Part shown: piece after piece, positions 1 to 13,386 of the stretch
How the letters are laid out: every line of letters starts with the position of its first letter
Numbering within the stretch: position 1 is the first letter of the stretch
DNA from: Minutocellus sp. GHC0000111
Taxonomy: Eukaryota
NCBI GenBank assembly: GCA_977018835.1
Contig: OZ361260.1
Coordinates: 1,798,001-1,862,000 of the forward strand
Direction of reading: 5' to 3'
DNA length: 64,000 nt
Notes under the pieces: generated by a model
Databases searched by the model: none
Told to the model about the DNA's origin: nothing
Seen by the model: the letters and a program-made list of their open reading frames with translations, nothing else
Position numbers and translations under genes: made by a program

Positions 1-1111
1 GCGATTTTGGGCAAGGGCATTGTTCACAGCTTCAACGAATTTGTTGTGCTCGGCGGCAATGATGGCTACCGCATCCTTCTCCTTCCCGACCGATGTGGCT
101 GCCGCACTGATAGCTCCGTCATGCTTTGATGTTGCTCCAGTAATAGCAGCTTTGGCATCTGTACAGGTAGCTAGTAGAAACTCTTCAGCTCCTTTCCACC
201 TCCTCACGTCATCTGCGTTGCCTGCGTCGTCCTCTTTCAACACCTCAACATCTTTCTGGGGCAAGCTCCGACCGGATGAATCTGCTACGACCGAGGTCTT
301 TGTCGCAGATGGTTTACATTCATCTTGAGACCTTGCAGGCGCTGCAGGCACAGCAGCAGAGTTGCTGGCATCGTCAGTGGAAAGGCGAAGCAAATCAAGT
401 TGCAGAGGCTTTCCGTCCTCAGTATTCCTCATCAGCTCGGCAACCGGACGCATGGAAAATCCACTGCACATGTCCATAGTGTGGATATTAAATACAATCT
501 GACCATTTACAGCAACTACAACATCACCCTTTTTTGGAAATTCGCAAGGCTTTAGTGTTGCGGCGTAGGTCTTTGAGGTGGTGGGGGGGGCGGTAATCAT
601 ACCGGACAATTACGCGGTCCGAGCCCTGGTCGGGGCGAATTCCTAGGCCGAAGGAGGACGTTGGATCGCTGGAGTCTTTTCGTGGCAGAGTAATGCCACG
701 AATGAGCTTCCAATCAGCTGGAGTTGGGGTGTTTTTCCCCGGGGAATTGTTCGATGCATTCTTCTTGCTGCGCTTCTTTTTTGTGCGGGTGTCATTTAGT
801 GGTGCGGGTGGCGTGGATCTCTTACTAGCATGCATCGTCGTGGAGCTGTCAGTAGGACCAGTCCGCTGCGAGGCATGACCTCCTCGTCGAGACACGCGTC
901 CTCGGAAGGTGGAGCTGTTGTTGGAATCGTTTAGTCCGCCGACCATTGTCATGGTTGGTAGTGGGGCGGGGTCCGTCCGACGAGGGGAGGATTCAGTTTT
1001 CTTTGCAGCGGGCTTCTTTTCCGCCGCCGCCTCCTGCGCCTCGGACATGACCGACTGCTGGCTCGAATCTGCCGGTGACTTGCTGTTTGGTAGATGTCGT
1101 ATTGTTGGCAT
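1..1111 (-). CDS. PDZ-domain protein (low-complexity N-terminus), frameshifted at G8 run 583-590, runs off left edge
   Basis: ORF 524..1111 carries the first half of a PDZ (SFGLGIRPD). A shift at the G8 run gives ...EFPKKGDVVVAVNGQ...VAELMRNTEDGKPLQLDLLR, and that frame stays open to position 1. Confidence 0.6.
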
Positions 1112-1524
1112 GTGATTTGATGCCAGTTTGGAGATGACTACGGCAGCAGTACCATTGGTAGAGGAGTGGTTGAAGGCGATCCTCGCTCGGCGTCAAGTCA
1201 CATAAAAATCTTGCAGCCGGATGGATTGATTGATTGATTGATTCGATTGATCGTCGCAGCTTTGACAAGGACCAGGCAGCCAGTCACTCGCCCATGCGTT
1301 GGGCGTTATTTTACCGCACGGGATTAGATTTGCCGTGTTTGCTGCAAAAAATAATGCTGCCGCCTCGATCGATACTGCCGCCTCGATCGACTTCCTTCCC
1401 GAGGCACATAAGTCGACGGGCAGGGAAAGATGATGCCATCGGCCCACCGACCCGACTCACGCCCCTCATTGTCTTTGAATCGAATCATCCACTCCACTGC
1501 TGCTTCACAACAGATTCTGCTGCG

Positions 1525-2965
1525 ATGCCGACGCTCCGCTACGTTGACACCGAAAGTGTCAGTCAGGGCGGAGGCGAACCGAAAGATCAAGTGCCGCGCC
1601 AGAGACGACCCGTCGACACCAATCACAAAGCCGGCACAACTGTTGCAGTAGCAGCATCATCTCGTAACGCTGTTACAGACGCGAATCAAATACCGCACCA
1701 GAGACGACCAGTCGACGCCAGTCATGGTGCCGGCTCCGCCGTTGGCGCAGCAGCAGCACCGTCGGCTCGTGGCGCTGCCGCCGGCCCCGCCGCTACAAGC
1801 ACAGCCCTAAAGAGTCGAAAGCAGTCACTCGGGAGGAAAGGTGGCACAAACAATACCGCCCCAGCTCCGAATCCAACACCGCCTTCATCCTCAAACACCA
1901 GTCCAGCCAAAAGTGGTCGGAGCTCTCGTCCCGTGGCCCCAACAAAAAAGATACGTCGGTCGTGTTCCATGCCAAACTGCATCAAACCTTCGCAAGGCCC
2001 ACGTTACAATCACATGTGTAAAATCCACATGGCGGCAGATTCTACAGGTGCATCGTCAGCTTCAGCCTCTCATTTCAAGGGCAACAGTGATCGAACTCAT
2101 CATCCGCCTCGGCCGCCTCGGCAACAAAAGACGGCGTTCAAGTCATCACGAGGACCCGCTCCGGAAGCAGACCGAGATACCGACCAGAAGATACCACCAA
2201 GCCTCCCGCCACCTCTTCAGTCGTCGTTCAAAGCAGCCACCGGAAAGAATCCAATTAGCTTCCTCTTCAAGTTGCACGACATGCTAGATGATGCTTCCTC
2301 CGGCGATCCTCATCGTGATGTTCAGGTCCCGGGGGCACCAGGTGGTGAAAAATTAAGTGACATCGTGTCATATTCCAGCAGTGGCCTCGCTTTTCGGATC
2401 CGCAGCGAGATCGACTTTCGGTCATGCGTGCTGCCATTGTGCTTCGGAAAGGCCTCCTACTTAACATTCAAGCGTGTTGTGAATCACTGTGAGTGCATCA
2501 TGTTCGTTGGGCATGTGTGGGGAGGTATTGGACTTGTGCTTGCTGTTGGCGGTGGCATTGTGCCATCACATGTGTGTGTGTGTAATTTCTTATCGAATGC
2601 ATGTCTTCTGCTACCATTTTCACGATCAAAACTTATTGATAGATGGTTTCGTGCGCCTAACCAAGGGGCCGGACAAGGGATGCTATTTTCATGCATTTTT
2701 CCGTCAAAATCACAAACATTTGGTCCACCTCATCAAGCCGGGGAAGCCTACTAGCAGTGGTTCTGCATCGTCCCCATCAGCTCAAGCCACGGCCCCAAGT
2801 CAAAGTGCATTGGAAGGGCAAGGAAAGGTTCCATTTCGGAGGGTTGGAGATTTGTCGTTACCCAAGGCTAGTGTCGGAATCGAAGACGCCAATGGCACAG
2901 GTAAGAAAAGCAGTGTGCAGTTTACAGATCAAGACGATGACATGGAGGACTACTGTGAGGTTTAG
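1525..2965 (+). CDS. HSF-type DNA-binding domain transcription factor, 2 exons (1525-2488, 2643-2965)
   Basis: SFLFKLHDML...IVSYSSSGLAFRI...F...LP..F....Y.TFKR.VNH|YGF.R...G...G.Y.H..F.. is the HSF DNA-binding domain. The GT-AG intron 2489-2642 joins T|AT = Tyr in frame. Confidence 0.88.
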
Positions 2966-3497
2966 ACATTTAAGTAGAGTGCTGGATGACGTGCACTAAT
3001 GACAGAAATGAATTGTTCGAACCACTCTGCTAGTAGCTAGCCAGCAAGTGAGACAGGCCTACGGAGTGGATCTAGATCTAATGGAGAGACGGAATAAACA
3101 AAGCGAAAAACAACTACGTGCACACATGGTTTTCGTCAGCTCGGGTAGCTGCAGCGCGTGATTGGCGAAGGGCTACTGCGTGCGCCGGCGGTGGCGGGCC
3201 ACCTGAGGCATCGGCGGCACCGTGTCTCAGGGGGGACCCGGATTGATGTTGGTTTGCTCGGCGAAGTTTTTGAGAGAGAGGCTACATGTACCTGGCACTG
3301 ACAATCTACACACATAGCCTAACACCATGTAACCATGCGAATACCTACATGTAGCTGTCTAGCTAGCTACGTAGGTGCATGCACAGCCGCGTGGCACCGG
3401 CACTTTCCGCTCTCCTCACATCGTCGCCTCACTGAACATGAAAAGAAGTGGCTTTACAGCTTAGATTGAGCGCCCCCACCAAGAAAGCAAAAATAAA

Positions 3498-4928
3498 TCA
3501 ATGTGTGTCCTCCGCAACATAAGAACAGACTGCATAACTCCAGACTGGACAGTGATCGCTCAAAATAATGCTTGGGCAGGATCCAACCGCAACAACAGAA
3601 GACACATTCTCATTGTTCTCAACGAGCTCCCTACTCATCAAAATGCGGTCAGGCCAACTTGGCGTTCTCTTGTCTGAATATGGCCGTCTTGACGCTTTGC
3701 AAACATTGCCACCACCAGCAATGACTTCATTAGCATCAGATTCAGTCTGGAAAGAGAATATGGGCATAATTATCTGAGGGTCTCTCCTCCTACTTGTGTT
3801 TGTACCGGGAAAGCACCTGTAGTGAATCAAATCTACCACCGAACACAGCAGGTTCGGAAAAGCAAGCGTTTCGTCGTCCTCTCCATCTTTGTCGTGGTTT
3901 TTCTGTAGATGCACTAGCCCATGCTCGAGGTACTGTATCAAACGATCATGAAAGTGGAACAATTCGACCACTCTTTGCTGATTAGGCCATGAATTGCCTT
4001 GACCTTCACTCCAAACAACATCGGCAACAGCTCTCCAATCTTTTCCTCCTCTACCCTTGTAGTCTTCTTTGTCGTGAACTTCGACACGAAAGTTGAGATC
4101 GCCAGCTATTATCTTTCGCCATGAATCGATGCTCTCCTCACTACAACCGATATTTGGAATGGTGTCCTCCAATACCCGGCTGATAATGTGCAGCTGCTTG
4201 TGGCGTATTCGATCAAATGTTCGTTCCGCCACTCCGTACTTGTTGGTTCCCGCGAGGTGTGCGCACACAGCCACTGTTTTCAGTGTTGGCATTACAAGAC
4301 ACACCGCACCCTTGTCTGGAGACCCAAGGGCATGGTATTGTGCATGTTCTAGGGATGAATTGTTGAAAAGTACCTCGTTGCTCCGGGACATTGCTTTTGA
4401 TCCAACAGCCACAGCAATGGCAAACGAACTTTGCCTCAGCTCTGTGATCAATTCCGACCCACGAGCATACACCAAGAGGCGTAAGTAGCCGTGCCATTTC
4501 ACGCCACCTGATTCTTCACATAATGTGCTTGGCTTTGCTCCCATAGATATGTCTGCTACGAGATCATGCTCCTCCGATAGAACAGACTGGATGTTATCGA
4601 GAAATTCTGCTGCGCCGTCGTTATTTTCAGTACAATTGTTCGAGGGGGCAGACATTCCTGCCGAGAATATCGTGGGCTTAATTCTTTCTGGACCCGCACC
4701 GCTTGTTGCAAACACAGTACCCGCGGATATGGGGCTTTCTTGTACACTAATGATGACGAGATCAGCATCCGACGCAGAGCATCTCGACGAGCGCTGGTGG
4801 TGCTCTCCAACTTCTTTTGCGACATCATTGCACTGACCTTGCAACCAAATTCGCACATCCTCCAGGGAAGGAAGAGAACCATTGAGATTGAAAGTTGTCG
4901 TGAAGAGAGAAAGCCGGTTTGTGGCCAT
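3498..4928 (-). CDS. inositol polyphosphate 5-phosphatase (EEP superfamily)
   Basis: Motifs TTFN, SVQE, KGAV, CAHL, GDLNFR, RTPSWPDRIL and SDHCPV. Confidence 0.88.
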   Translation of the reverse strand: MATNRLSLFTTTFNLNGSLPSLEDVRIWLQGQCNDVAKEVGEHHQRSSRCSASDADLVIISVQESPISAGTVFATSGAGPERIKPTIFSAGMSAPSNNCTENNDGAAEFLDNIQSVLSEEHDLVADISMGAKPSTLCEESGGVKWHGYLRLLVYARGSELITELRQSSFAIAVAVGSKAMSRSNEVLFNNSSLEHAQYHALGSPDKGAVCLVMPTLKTVAVCAHLAGTNKYGVAERTFDRIRHKQLHIISRVLEDTIPNIGCSEESIDSWRKIIAGDLNFRVEVHDKEDYKGRGGKDWRAVADVVWSEGQGNSWPNQQRVVELFHFHDRLIQYLEHGLVHLQKNHDKDGEDDETLAFPNLLCSVVDLIHYRCFPGTNTSRRRDPQIIMPIFSFQTESDANEVIAGGGNVCKASRRPYSDKRTPSWPDRILMSRELVENNENVSSVVAVGSCPSIILSDHCPVWSYAVCSYVAEDTH

Positions 4929-6043
4929 TATATCGCAATTCTTCGGACCCTCGCCTCAGCAGGTGCAATTCTACGAGCTAGATAATATCAACCAGGCCTT
5001 TCGAGGCTTGGGGCGGTGAAGAATGCGGGGCCGGGCCGTCGAGATCAGAAAAAAATGCCGATCAGCCAGCCATGCATCAGAGTTCGAGCCGAGACGGTGT
5101 CCAGAGACTCGACTCGACTCGACTCGGCGACTCGACTCCAGAGTGCTGCGGAACGTCAGGCGCGAGGATACATGTATGTAGGATCGAAGGAGGATCGAAG
5201 GAGGCGGGGGCGGCGCGCGCGCGGCGTCCCCGCGGATCGCGCGCCCGCCGGTCGGTTCGGCCTTTTCGGCACCGTTTCCGAAAGCTAGAGAGGGCGGCAT
5301 CGACGAAGTCAGCTGGCGACTTCAGCAGCAGCATCTTTTGGTTGGTAACTGGTAACCCAACCTTAGTTGGGCTTCGCCGGCAACTTTCGCTGGTGACGAC
5401 ATTGTGCTATGCATAACCTGGAACTTGGGCGATTGGGTTTACTACATGCAGGGCTCTGCCCCTTCTCCCTGTCTGTCGCCAGCAAGGCACAGGTGGTGGT
5501 GGTGTCACAAATGGAGCTTCTTCTCCCTCTCAGGCTGACGACGATGCCGACGATCCACCCAAACCAAACCAGCGAGGCCTCTGCCGGATCTGATTGTGCC
5601 ACCAAGTTAGCGAAATCGGAACCTCCTCCTGTAGCCACGCCAGAGGCGATTTGAGCCAAACTAGCCATCATACACGTTACCATAGGCGACAGCAGATAGG
5701 ATAATTGGTTGCTTATTTGTCCAAGATAGCTCATTTTAGATATTCCTCCTCTGCAGCCACCCATTTTTACCATCAATTTCGTCAAAGAACCAATTCCAGT
5801 GCTCTATCAACGCAGTTTCCTCCGCCAATGGCCATCGACCCTTCATCTTTGATTATTTGGGGGGCGAGTCGGCATGGGCGGGGCCTCACCGATGATCTTT
5901 GTTGATACAATACATGTAATGGCCATGGCAGAAAAAAGGGACAAGAACTGCCGAAATTCCGGGAAAACGAGTGAATATTCCTGGTCTGAAACGAATATGC
6001 TTATAGGTGAGAACGGACTATATTGACTCTAGCTAGTCTATTG

Positions 6044-9000
6044 TTAAAAGGTAATTAACAGTAGCAATTCATAGCAAAAGGCGAGGCTCTCAATCTCTCT
6101 TCCCCTGGAAGCAGAAGGAGCAAAGTTAAACCGTGATGCATCGAAAGTGTCCATCGTGTTTGCTAGTATTTCGTCAGAAAGAGTTGAGATGGGTGATGTT
6201 GGAGGTTTCCAGGGAAGCGCAGAGTATGGGCAAGCAAAGCAGGCCCGGAAAGGGTGGGTTTTTGCAAAAGAGACCTCCCAATCTTCAGTTGTTGTAATTT
6301 GATTACACGCATGCAATGATTCGTCTTGAATTGATATTCCCAAGTCTTTGTTCAGTCTGGATAAAACTGTGCCAAGGTAAATTTGAGCTGACATCTCAGT
6401 AACAGCGCCAATGACGTAGCGTCTATTGGTATGCTTCGAACCGCAACTTGGTCGAGGCAATGCATCAGTTACATATCTATGGAAGTGCTGCGAAGCGATC
6501 TCATTGGACATTGGCCGCTCCATGTTGAAAAGAAAGCTCCATCCCATTAGAAGCTCATCAGACACAACGAATCTGTTCTTGTCCAGGTATCTGCAAATCT
6601 TGCACCTCCTAAAGGCTTTCGAAAGAGAGATGCGCACATTTTCAATAGACGATCGAATACCTCCTGATGAGCACTCGTATGCATTTTTAATGCCTCCATT
6701 GAGAATTCGTTTCTTGGTGGGGTTGACGGCAATGAGCCCAGTAAAATTTGTAGCAGCTGCAGCCTCAACAATTTGAGATGTAGCTAGATCGTACGCACGC
6801 AAATCATCTGGTGTATTGCTGTGCCCCTCTAAGCCTAAGACCATCAAATCAGGGCCCTCAGAGAGCAATTCTTTCCAGCGATCATTTGTCTTCGCTATCC
6901 AATGCTGGTTATCTCTCATCATGTGAAGACGAGCATCTTGATAAGACAATCTCAGGCTTCCCACTTGAATGTCAATCCTATTTCGGAGAGAGAAGCGGGG
7001 AGATTTAGTAATGTTAGCCTGATGAACGCGGTAGAAATATATTATTGTAAGAATAACAAAAGAAGGAGAGAAGGATGAGAGAAAGAACTCACCAACCCCA
7101 GCATTTGGTAGTAGAACCTTGTCCTCTCTGGTCTTCGACATTGCGAAATATTGCATCAGCGACAGATCTCTTGATCATGCCATCTTCAATAATTCCGATC
7201 GCAGCGATGTGGTCCACTAGCGCATGGAAAGTGCCTCGATCAACAGAGCTTCCAGTAAAAACAATCCATAAGGGTTTTCCTCCTCTTTTGTTTTCGATTT
7301 CCTTGGCCTGCTCCAAAGCATCGACAGTTTGAGTAATTCTATGCCTGCACTTATGAGGCATGTATATCCACCCGTCCGACAGGCACTGAGATCGAGGTAT
7401 TTCAGCCGCAGAGCATTTAATCCATCGCCCCTCGCCTGATACTTCAAGATTATAAAATTCGCAAAATCGCAAAGGTGAGTTGAAAACAGTAGGAGAAGGT
7501 AACGCTACTGCTTCAGGCTTCACGTGAAAGTGCCATGGGCTGTTTCTAGCTGGGAGAATTGTGGCTACAGTACCATGCGCCCCAGTTTCCAAAATACTAA
7601 GATCGTATCCAACAATATGGATGCGGTACTCCCCTGGATCTTGAATTTGAACACGTGCTAGTAAATCATCGCCGCTGTGGAGACAAAGAGCTGGCGCGGA
7701 AAGGACCACATCGTTGTTTATTGACTGTGAAAAATAGAGAAGAGAGTGCACGTGAGGCGCATGAGGTGAAGCAGTAATGCTCAAAATCTAGCATTTCATT
7801 TCAAAACGAAAGCATACCTCGATCCAAACGAGTACTCCACCGCTTCGGCCGCTGTCACAAGCTGGAGGCAAACCATTTTTGTTTCGATACCGGCTAATTC
7901 TAAAGGAAACATCCTCCCTTGTTCTAAACTCTGCTGAGAAATTGCCGTCTGTAGAAGGCTGCTGCCAACTCAATTGTCTTTCTCCTCTAAGCAGCAGCGA
8001 TATAGAGGGCGAGTCATGACCATGTAAGTCCTCCCAAGACATGGATGAGTTCGTAAAGCCAAGCTCAGGTTCCAACGCCTCTATTTTCGGCTGAAAGGGA
8101 CGAATATTCCTTGTCAAGGAAGATGTGCGCATTTCCGTTGTAGTTGCTAATGCGGTTTTGCTCCATCGATCATTGACTTTTTCCATACCACAATAATTGC
8201 ACACGAGGACACCTGTGATACGCAACGGCCAATCACTGACCTCGGTGGGAATAATTGAGATTGTAATTCTTCCTGGTTTGGCTTGACCAACAAAATAGGT
8301 CTGCACCAGATGATGATCCCTTCCTGCTCTGACGAAGTTTGATGGGTCTAGCTCAAACACATCCTCAACAATATTTGGCGCGGAATCCGATCGAATGCGG
8401 ACGACAGACTTTGGGTACATTGATTTGTGAGCCATAATCCTAAGACCGACCGACAAAGTCTCGTTTGGAGGGTTGTCAAACATTATTGTAATTGGCTCAA
8501 AAGTATTGGTTGTCTCAATTGCGTACCTAGGTACATGCCAGGGGCGAAGGCAATAATTTTCCTATTCATCTCAATTCGCTTAGAGACCCCAGAATTATAC
8601 CAAGAGCTGCATTGATCCTGGTTTTTCGTTCCCCATTCACCAGATGATTTTGTTGGAACTGTGCTTACATTGTAATTGTTGATAATGTACTTGGCAATAT
8701 TTTGAGCCAATCTGCGATGGCCAGCATTGTTGAGATGATGAAGATCTTCCGCAAACCAGCTCAAATCATCAAGGGGATTGTTTGGGAGAGGCCAATTGTA
8801 AACTATTCCTCCCACCCGTTTTATTACACGCTCAATATTTTGTTTTACCAAAGAAAGATGGTCGTCCCAATTCAAGTGAAAGAGACCATTACTTTCGCTA
8901 TAAATCCGATCTGTGATGTTCTGTAGACCATCTCTTTTCAACATTTTATAGGCCCTTTCTTTGGATGTCGTTTCAATGACACTTCTTCTCCTGCTGTAAA

Positions 9001-12000
9001 GATTGACATAAATTATCAATGCCCCTGGGTATCGAGCTCGCAATCGCTTCAGCAGTCGAGGCAACGCCTGGAGACCATTCAGACTGTATTCAATTGTGAT
9101 GATATCGTATTCGGTGTCAGCTTCATCTTGATGATCAAAGGAGTAATCTTGCTCATTAAGAAAAGCGTCTGTCACCATACTCCGTAGGCATATCGACGCG
9201 TAATCTGAGTCTGATTCCCGCATAGCTGCATTTGTCGTGGTGCTCTTGCCAGGCAATAATCTAGAAAGTAAGGATGGGTAGGCATAAGAACGGTCATCAA
9301 GGTGTGAGCCCCACGTAACAGATCCCCCCAACGAGAGGACACGTAGGCTTAGTGCTTGGCTCACTCGAAGCTTCCGGCTTCGTTTTCGGCAACCTTTCTT
9401 TAACCGGCAGATTCTCTTGCGCTGAAGTTTAACGCATTTGAGCTTCCTGTTCCTGTTTTTAATCATTCGACAAGACCGTTTCTTTCGCTTGAAAAGCCGA
9501 AGCACATTTTGCTGACTCTTTAAGCGAGTGCACCCTGCTCGTTTGCTGTTTCTAGGTGCAGCCCTATGCCCAAAAACATTGCTCTTGCATACTCTAGTGG
9601 TCTGTACCCAAATACAATTTTCATGTTTCAAACAATTCTCACTCTCCCTTATGTCGAGACAAGAGAACGGCAAAGAGGTGTCAAAAGGAGTAATGTCGCC
9701 ATCTGCGACGTTGCTATCGAGTTGGCGTTCGATGTTAAGCTGAGACATGAGGTGCAAATCATCGTCAGAATCCCTTTCAGGACTGGGACGTAAATCAGAA
9801 TGGCTCATCACGGCAGACTTTGGGTTGTAAAGACCCGCTTGATCACTGTACAACTTGACAGCATAGTCATATAGGGCAATATCAAACTGATTCCTTGATA
9901 CCAACAAGTCCCATGCCTCGGTACCCTGTTCGACTTTTTGGTGATGATTGGAATTAGTCCCTCCTCCGAAGAGCAGACGTTGTTCACAGGAACTCCAACT
10001 CTCTTTACCCCCCCCCATCCAAAATAAGAGTAAAAACGCGCAACGGAATCTTCCATTTTCTCTGTGAGCCCAATCAAAACCTTATCTTTCAAAATCTCTT
10101 TCGCTATGTTGAGATGGCGTTCATCAACAGTTGCAGGCTCATTGTTGAGCATTCGAACCATCCAATTACTCTCAGCCTTTTCGCTGGTAGCATACTCCTC
10201 GAGAGTCATATTCTGTAATGTAGGATCATAGGTTCGTTCCCAAGTCGCATTCTGTAGATAGTAGAATAAAGATACTGCTCGTTCGACCGGGTGCCTCATC
10301 ACTGAAAAAAATCTTGCACGTCTTCCAATCTCGGCAGAAAATAGATCCGCGGCTGCTCTGTATAAGAGGGGGGTGACGAGAGCTTCCGAAATACCACTGC
10401 CAACAAGATCAAGGTCTCGAGCCCTGGCAATTCCATTTGGCGATGAAACATCAACGCTAGCAAATGTTGCTACTCCGCTCTTTACTGTGTGAAGATCATA
10501 TGAAAATTCGTTCTCGCCAAGTATTCCTCTTCTTCTCTCTATCATAACTCCACTCGATGAAGCTACAGTCAAGCCAAGGCAATGTGAAAGAAGTGTTTTC
10601 AACGAGGAGCCTCCAGATTTGGGAATATGCCATAGTACTGGAAGTTCAAAATCAATACCTTTACGATCTGAAACAGCCGCGGCGTGATGTCTCATTGCCA
10701 AAGGAGCCTTTGGGTTGGCGGGGACGAAATTCCTCATTGATCCTTCGATGACTATATTACTGAACGCATAATGTGATTCGGAAAAATCAATACGTTGAAG
10801 ATAGGCAATGTAACTTGTTGCAGTTGGAGCCAGTGGGGCTACGGATCGTCCTTGACTCTTCCGGCGTACTATCGCACCACAGTATTTCTGTACAAAGTCT
10901 CTTCGGAATATCATGTCGCTGGAAAAAACAAATCTCTCCATTCCGTCATAGAAATACCTTGCCTCCTGGATTACGGCATTGCAGGACTGATAACTCGAAC
11001 AGTGCACACTTTCAGAAGATATAAAAGGAATAACGGGCCGGTTCGATCCATCAGATGCAACCATAAGATCAATCTTTTCCCTTGGCGCGTGGTCTACGTC
11101 CGTCAGCATAAAGTAGTCGGTGGTAGACTGAGCGTTACAAAGATCCATTGAATCATCGTCGGTTCGATTCTGGATAAAAACCGGAAGGTCAACTGCAGAA
11201 TCAGCCCACTCCAAAACGTTCTGAATGAGATTCTCTGCTTCAAAGGTGACCATAAATGTGATCTCAGAAAATGGATGGTCGCTGGCATTAAGCTCGGACA
11301 AGAATTCCTTGTATGGTTCATCCGTTCCCCCCCAATCGGATACTACCAGGCTCACGCTCTGCATTGTTAAAAATCGGCAAAATAAAGCATTTTGTCAGAG
11401 AAAAATAATAGATGCAATTAAAATTTGACACTTGTATCAACCTCACTTACCCCGTGAATGGAGCTGTTCCAGGGCAGGTACATGTTCTTGCCATGGACGA
11501 CAGCGACTCCATCTTCTACATCACCGGGCAAGAACGCTGTCGAGCCAAGATTTGTCATGACGTTCGATTCTTGAACTAGCTCGTACGTATCAGGGTACTC
11601 TTTCCACCACCTGCTGAACTTTTCGGTTTTTGGTTTCAACTTCATTCGATTTCCATCCACGCCGACATTGGCATAGGGGAAATCTGGAAGAGCACCTGTT
11701 GAACCTTCAAGCAGTATTTGAGATATTCGATAGTCGTAGGTGATGGCGTTGTACCATGTATCTGCTTCGTCTTCCAACTCAGAAACTATGTGTTCCAAGA
11801 GAGGGTGAGTGGTGTTATAGATCGCGTTTCCATTTATGTGATGGAGCAACGCCAGTGGCATTTGTCCCGCAAAATCGTCCCAAGCATGGCAATTGTATTT
11901 GCTAGATGGCAGGAGATGAAATAGAATATGAAAGTAAAAGACATACATGTTTTGCAGAAGTGTGAGAGACCCGTCGAATGTACAGGCTATAACAAGATAC

Positions 12001-12998
12001 AAAAAGATCTACACTTCATGTGTATCTAACTCACCTTCCAAGCAGTGCAAATGGCGCACTCGACTTGACCTCCTCGACCAACAGATCAAGCCACCCATCG
12101 GCTGCGGGGTAGGAGTCCGACTCCATGAGGAACATTGCATCGTATTTACCTAAGGACTGCACGTGTCGAAAGGTCCTTTCAAATTGCCTGAACAGCATGA
12201 AGATAAAACAATAAAAAAATGTGAGTACAGCAAATAGGCAAGGAGCGTAGATGTAGGGATGGTATGAGCACATTGAAATCTACTCCGGAAACGTTGGCCG
12301 CCTGATAGACCAACACGTAGACACAGCTCCAAACATACCTATCAGGACCATTCGCCCAAAATTCGATTACCCTGTTCGGCGAGAAGAGGGTCGTACAAGT
12401 CCTCTTCGGGGTGGATGTTGGCCTCGAACATATTGACAGATTGGATACAACCACCCCAGCCATTTGTCTTTTCAAACAACGAGTGAACAGTTCCCATGGC
12501 CTCACTTATATCGGGATACTTCTGTTCGTCAAACTCCCGACTGAAAGAAATGATGATGTCGATGCTCGCGCTCTGATTGCTCGAATGACAACCCTTTTTG
12601 GTGCCGAGGGCGAATTCATCCCAATAAACGAAGGAGTTGACGAGAGCCTCCGCATCACGGACAGAAATCGGTCTGACTAGAGCGAGAGAGAGGCCTGGAT
12701 TTTGGTAGCCCTGCTTGTTCCCGTAGTTGGCTGAGATGTCTGAATCTTCATCGTTTGACAGCCTCCGCCCATGGGCTATATTTCGCATGAAAGCCACCGG
12801 GCGCAATTGTCTAACTTGGTCGATGGTCTTGGTGCCCCGAAACTTTTGCCGTGCCGAGATAGGCCGCAAGCGTTGGTCGTGATCGCCTTCGGAAAGCACC
12901 GACAGGGCCAAGATGCACCCCAGCGCCACGATTGTGAGCAGAGCCGTAGCGGTTGCAATCGAGTGGGCCGGCATGGACGATTGGGTTGGCGAATGCAT
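6044..12998 (-). pseudogene. giant type II membrane glycan-modifying protein: GT-like domain + sulfotransferase + SGNH + PC-esterase/SGNH-like domain; three frame disruptions
   Basis: Exons 12998-12339, 12187-12035, 11901-11451, 11358-7818, 7724-7093 and 6977-6044, all with GT-AG junctions in phase. N-terminal TM. Sulfotransferase motifs WHIPKSGGSS, MRHPVERAVSLFYY and RNQFDIALYDYA. SGNH motifs LGGSVTWG and DLHH. GRWIKC...IVFTGSSVDRG. Frame breaks at 12358-12361, 10008-10016 and 8523-8534. Confidence 0.72.
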
Positions 12999-13386
12999 GG
13001 TACTTGAGTCAGCAGCAACTGTAACCTACTCGGACTCCTCCTCTTGGACAGTCCACCTATTCTTTGGAAAAAGCCGCACAGGCAGAGAAAAGGCGCGGGG
13101 AACGAAACTCCTCTTCTTCTATTTGCTACTTCTGCCACCAAATAACGCTCCCAAGGCTTGAGAGGGAAGTGCGGGTTGACGATTTATGCGGCCGCCAAGC
13201 AGGCAACGAACGTGGGCGTGCAGGTTGAGGTTGCCGGCCCGTGTCGACGAAATAAATTAAATGCGCACTCTAAATATTCTGATTGCAAGTAAAATACGGC
13301 ACGGTCGGCAGACGCCATGTCGAATTTTACAGGGACATTGGCTTTCCGTTGAGGAATAATTTGTGACATGGTTTGAGTGCGGGCAG

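Noticed and set aside
5300..5910. Short ORFs (e.g. 5363..5785 -, 5409..5654 +) as a gene or TE remnant
   Set aside because: No recognisable motif, terminal repeat or consistent exon chain; left unannotated.
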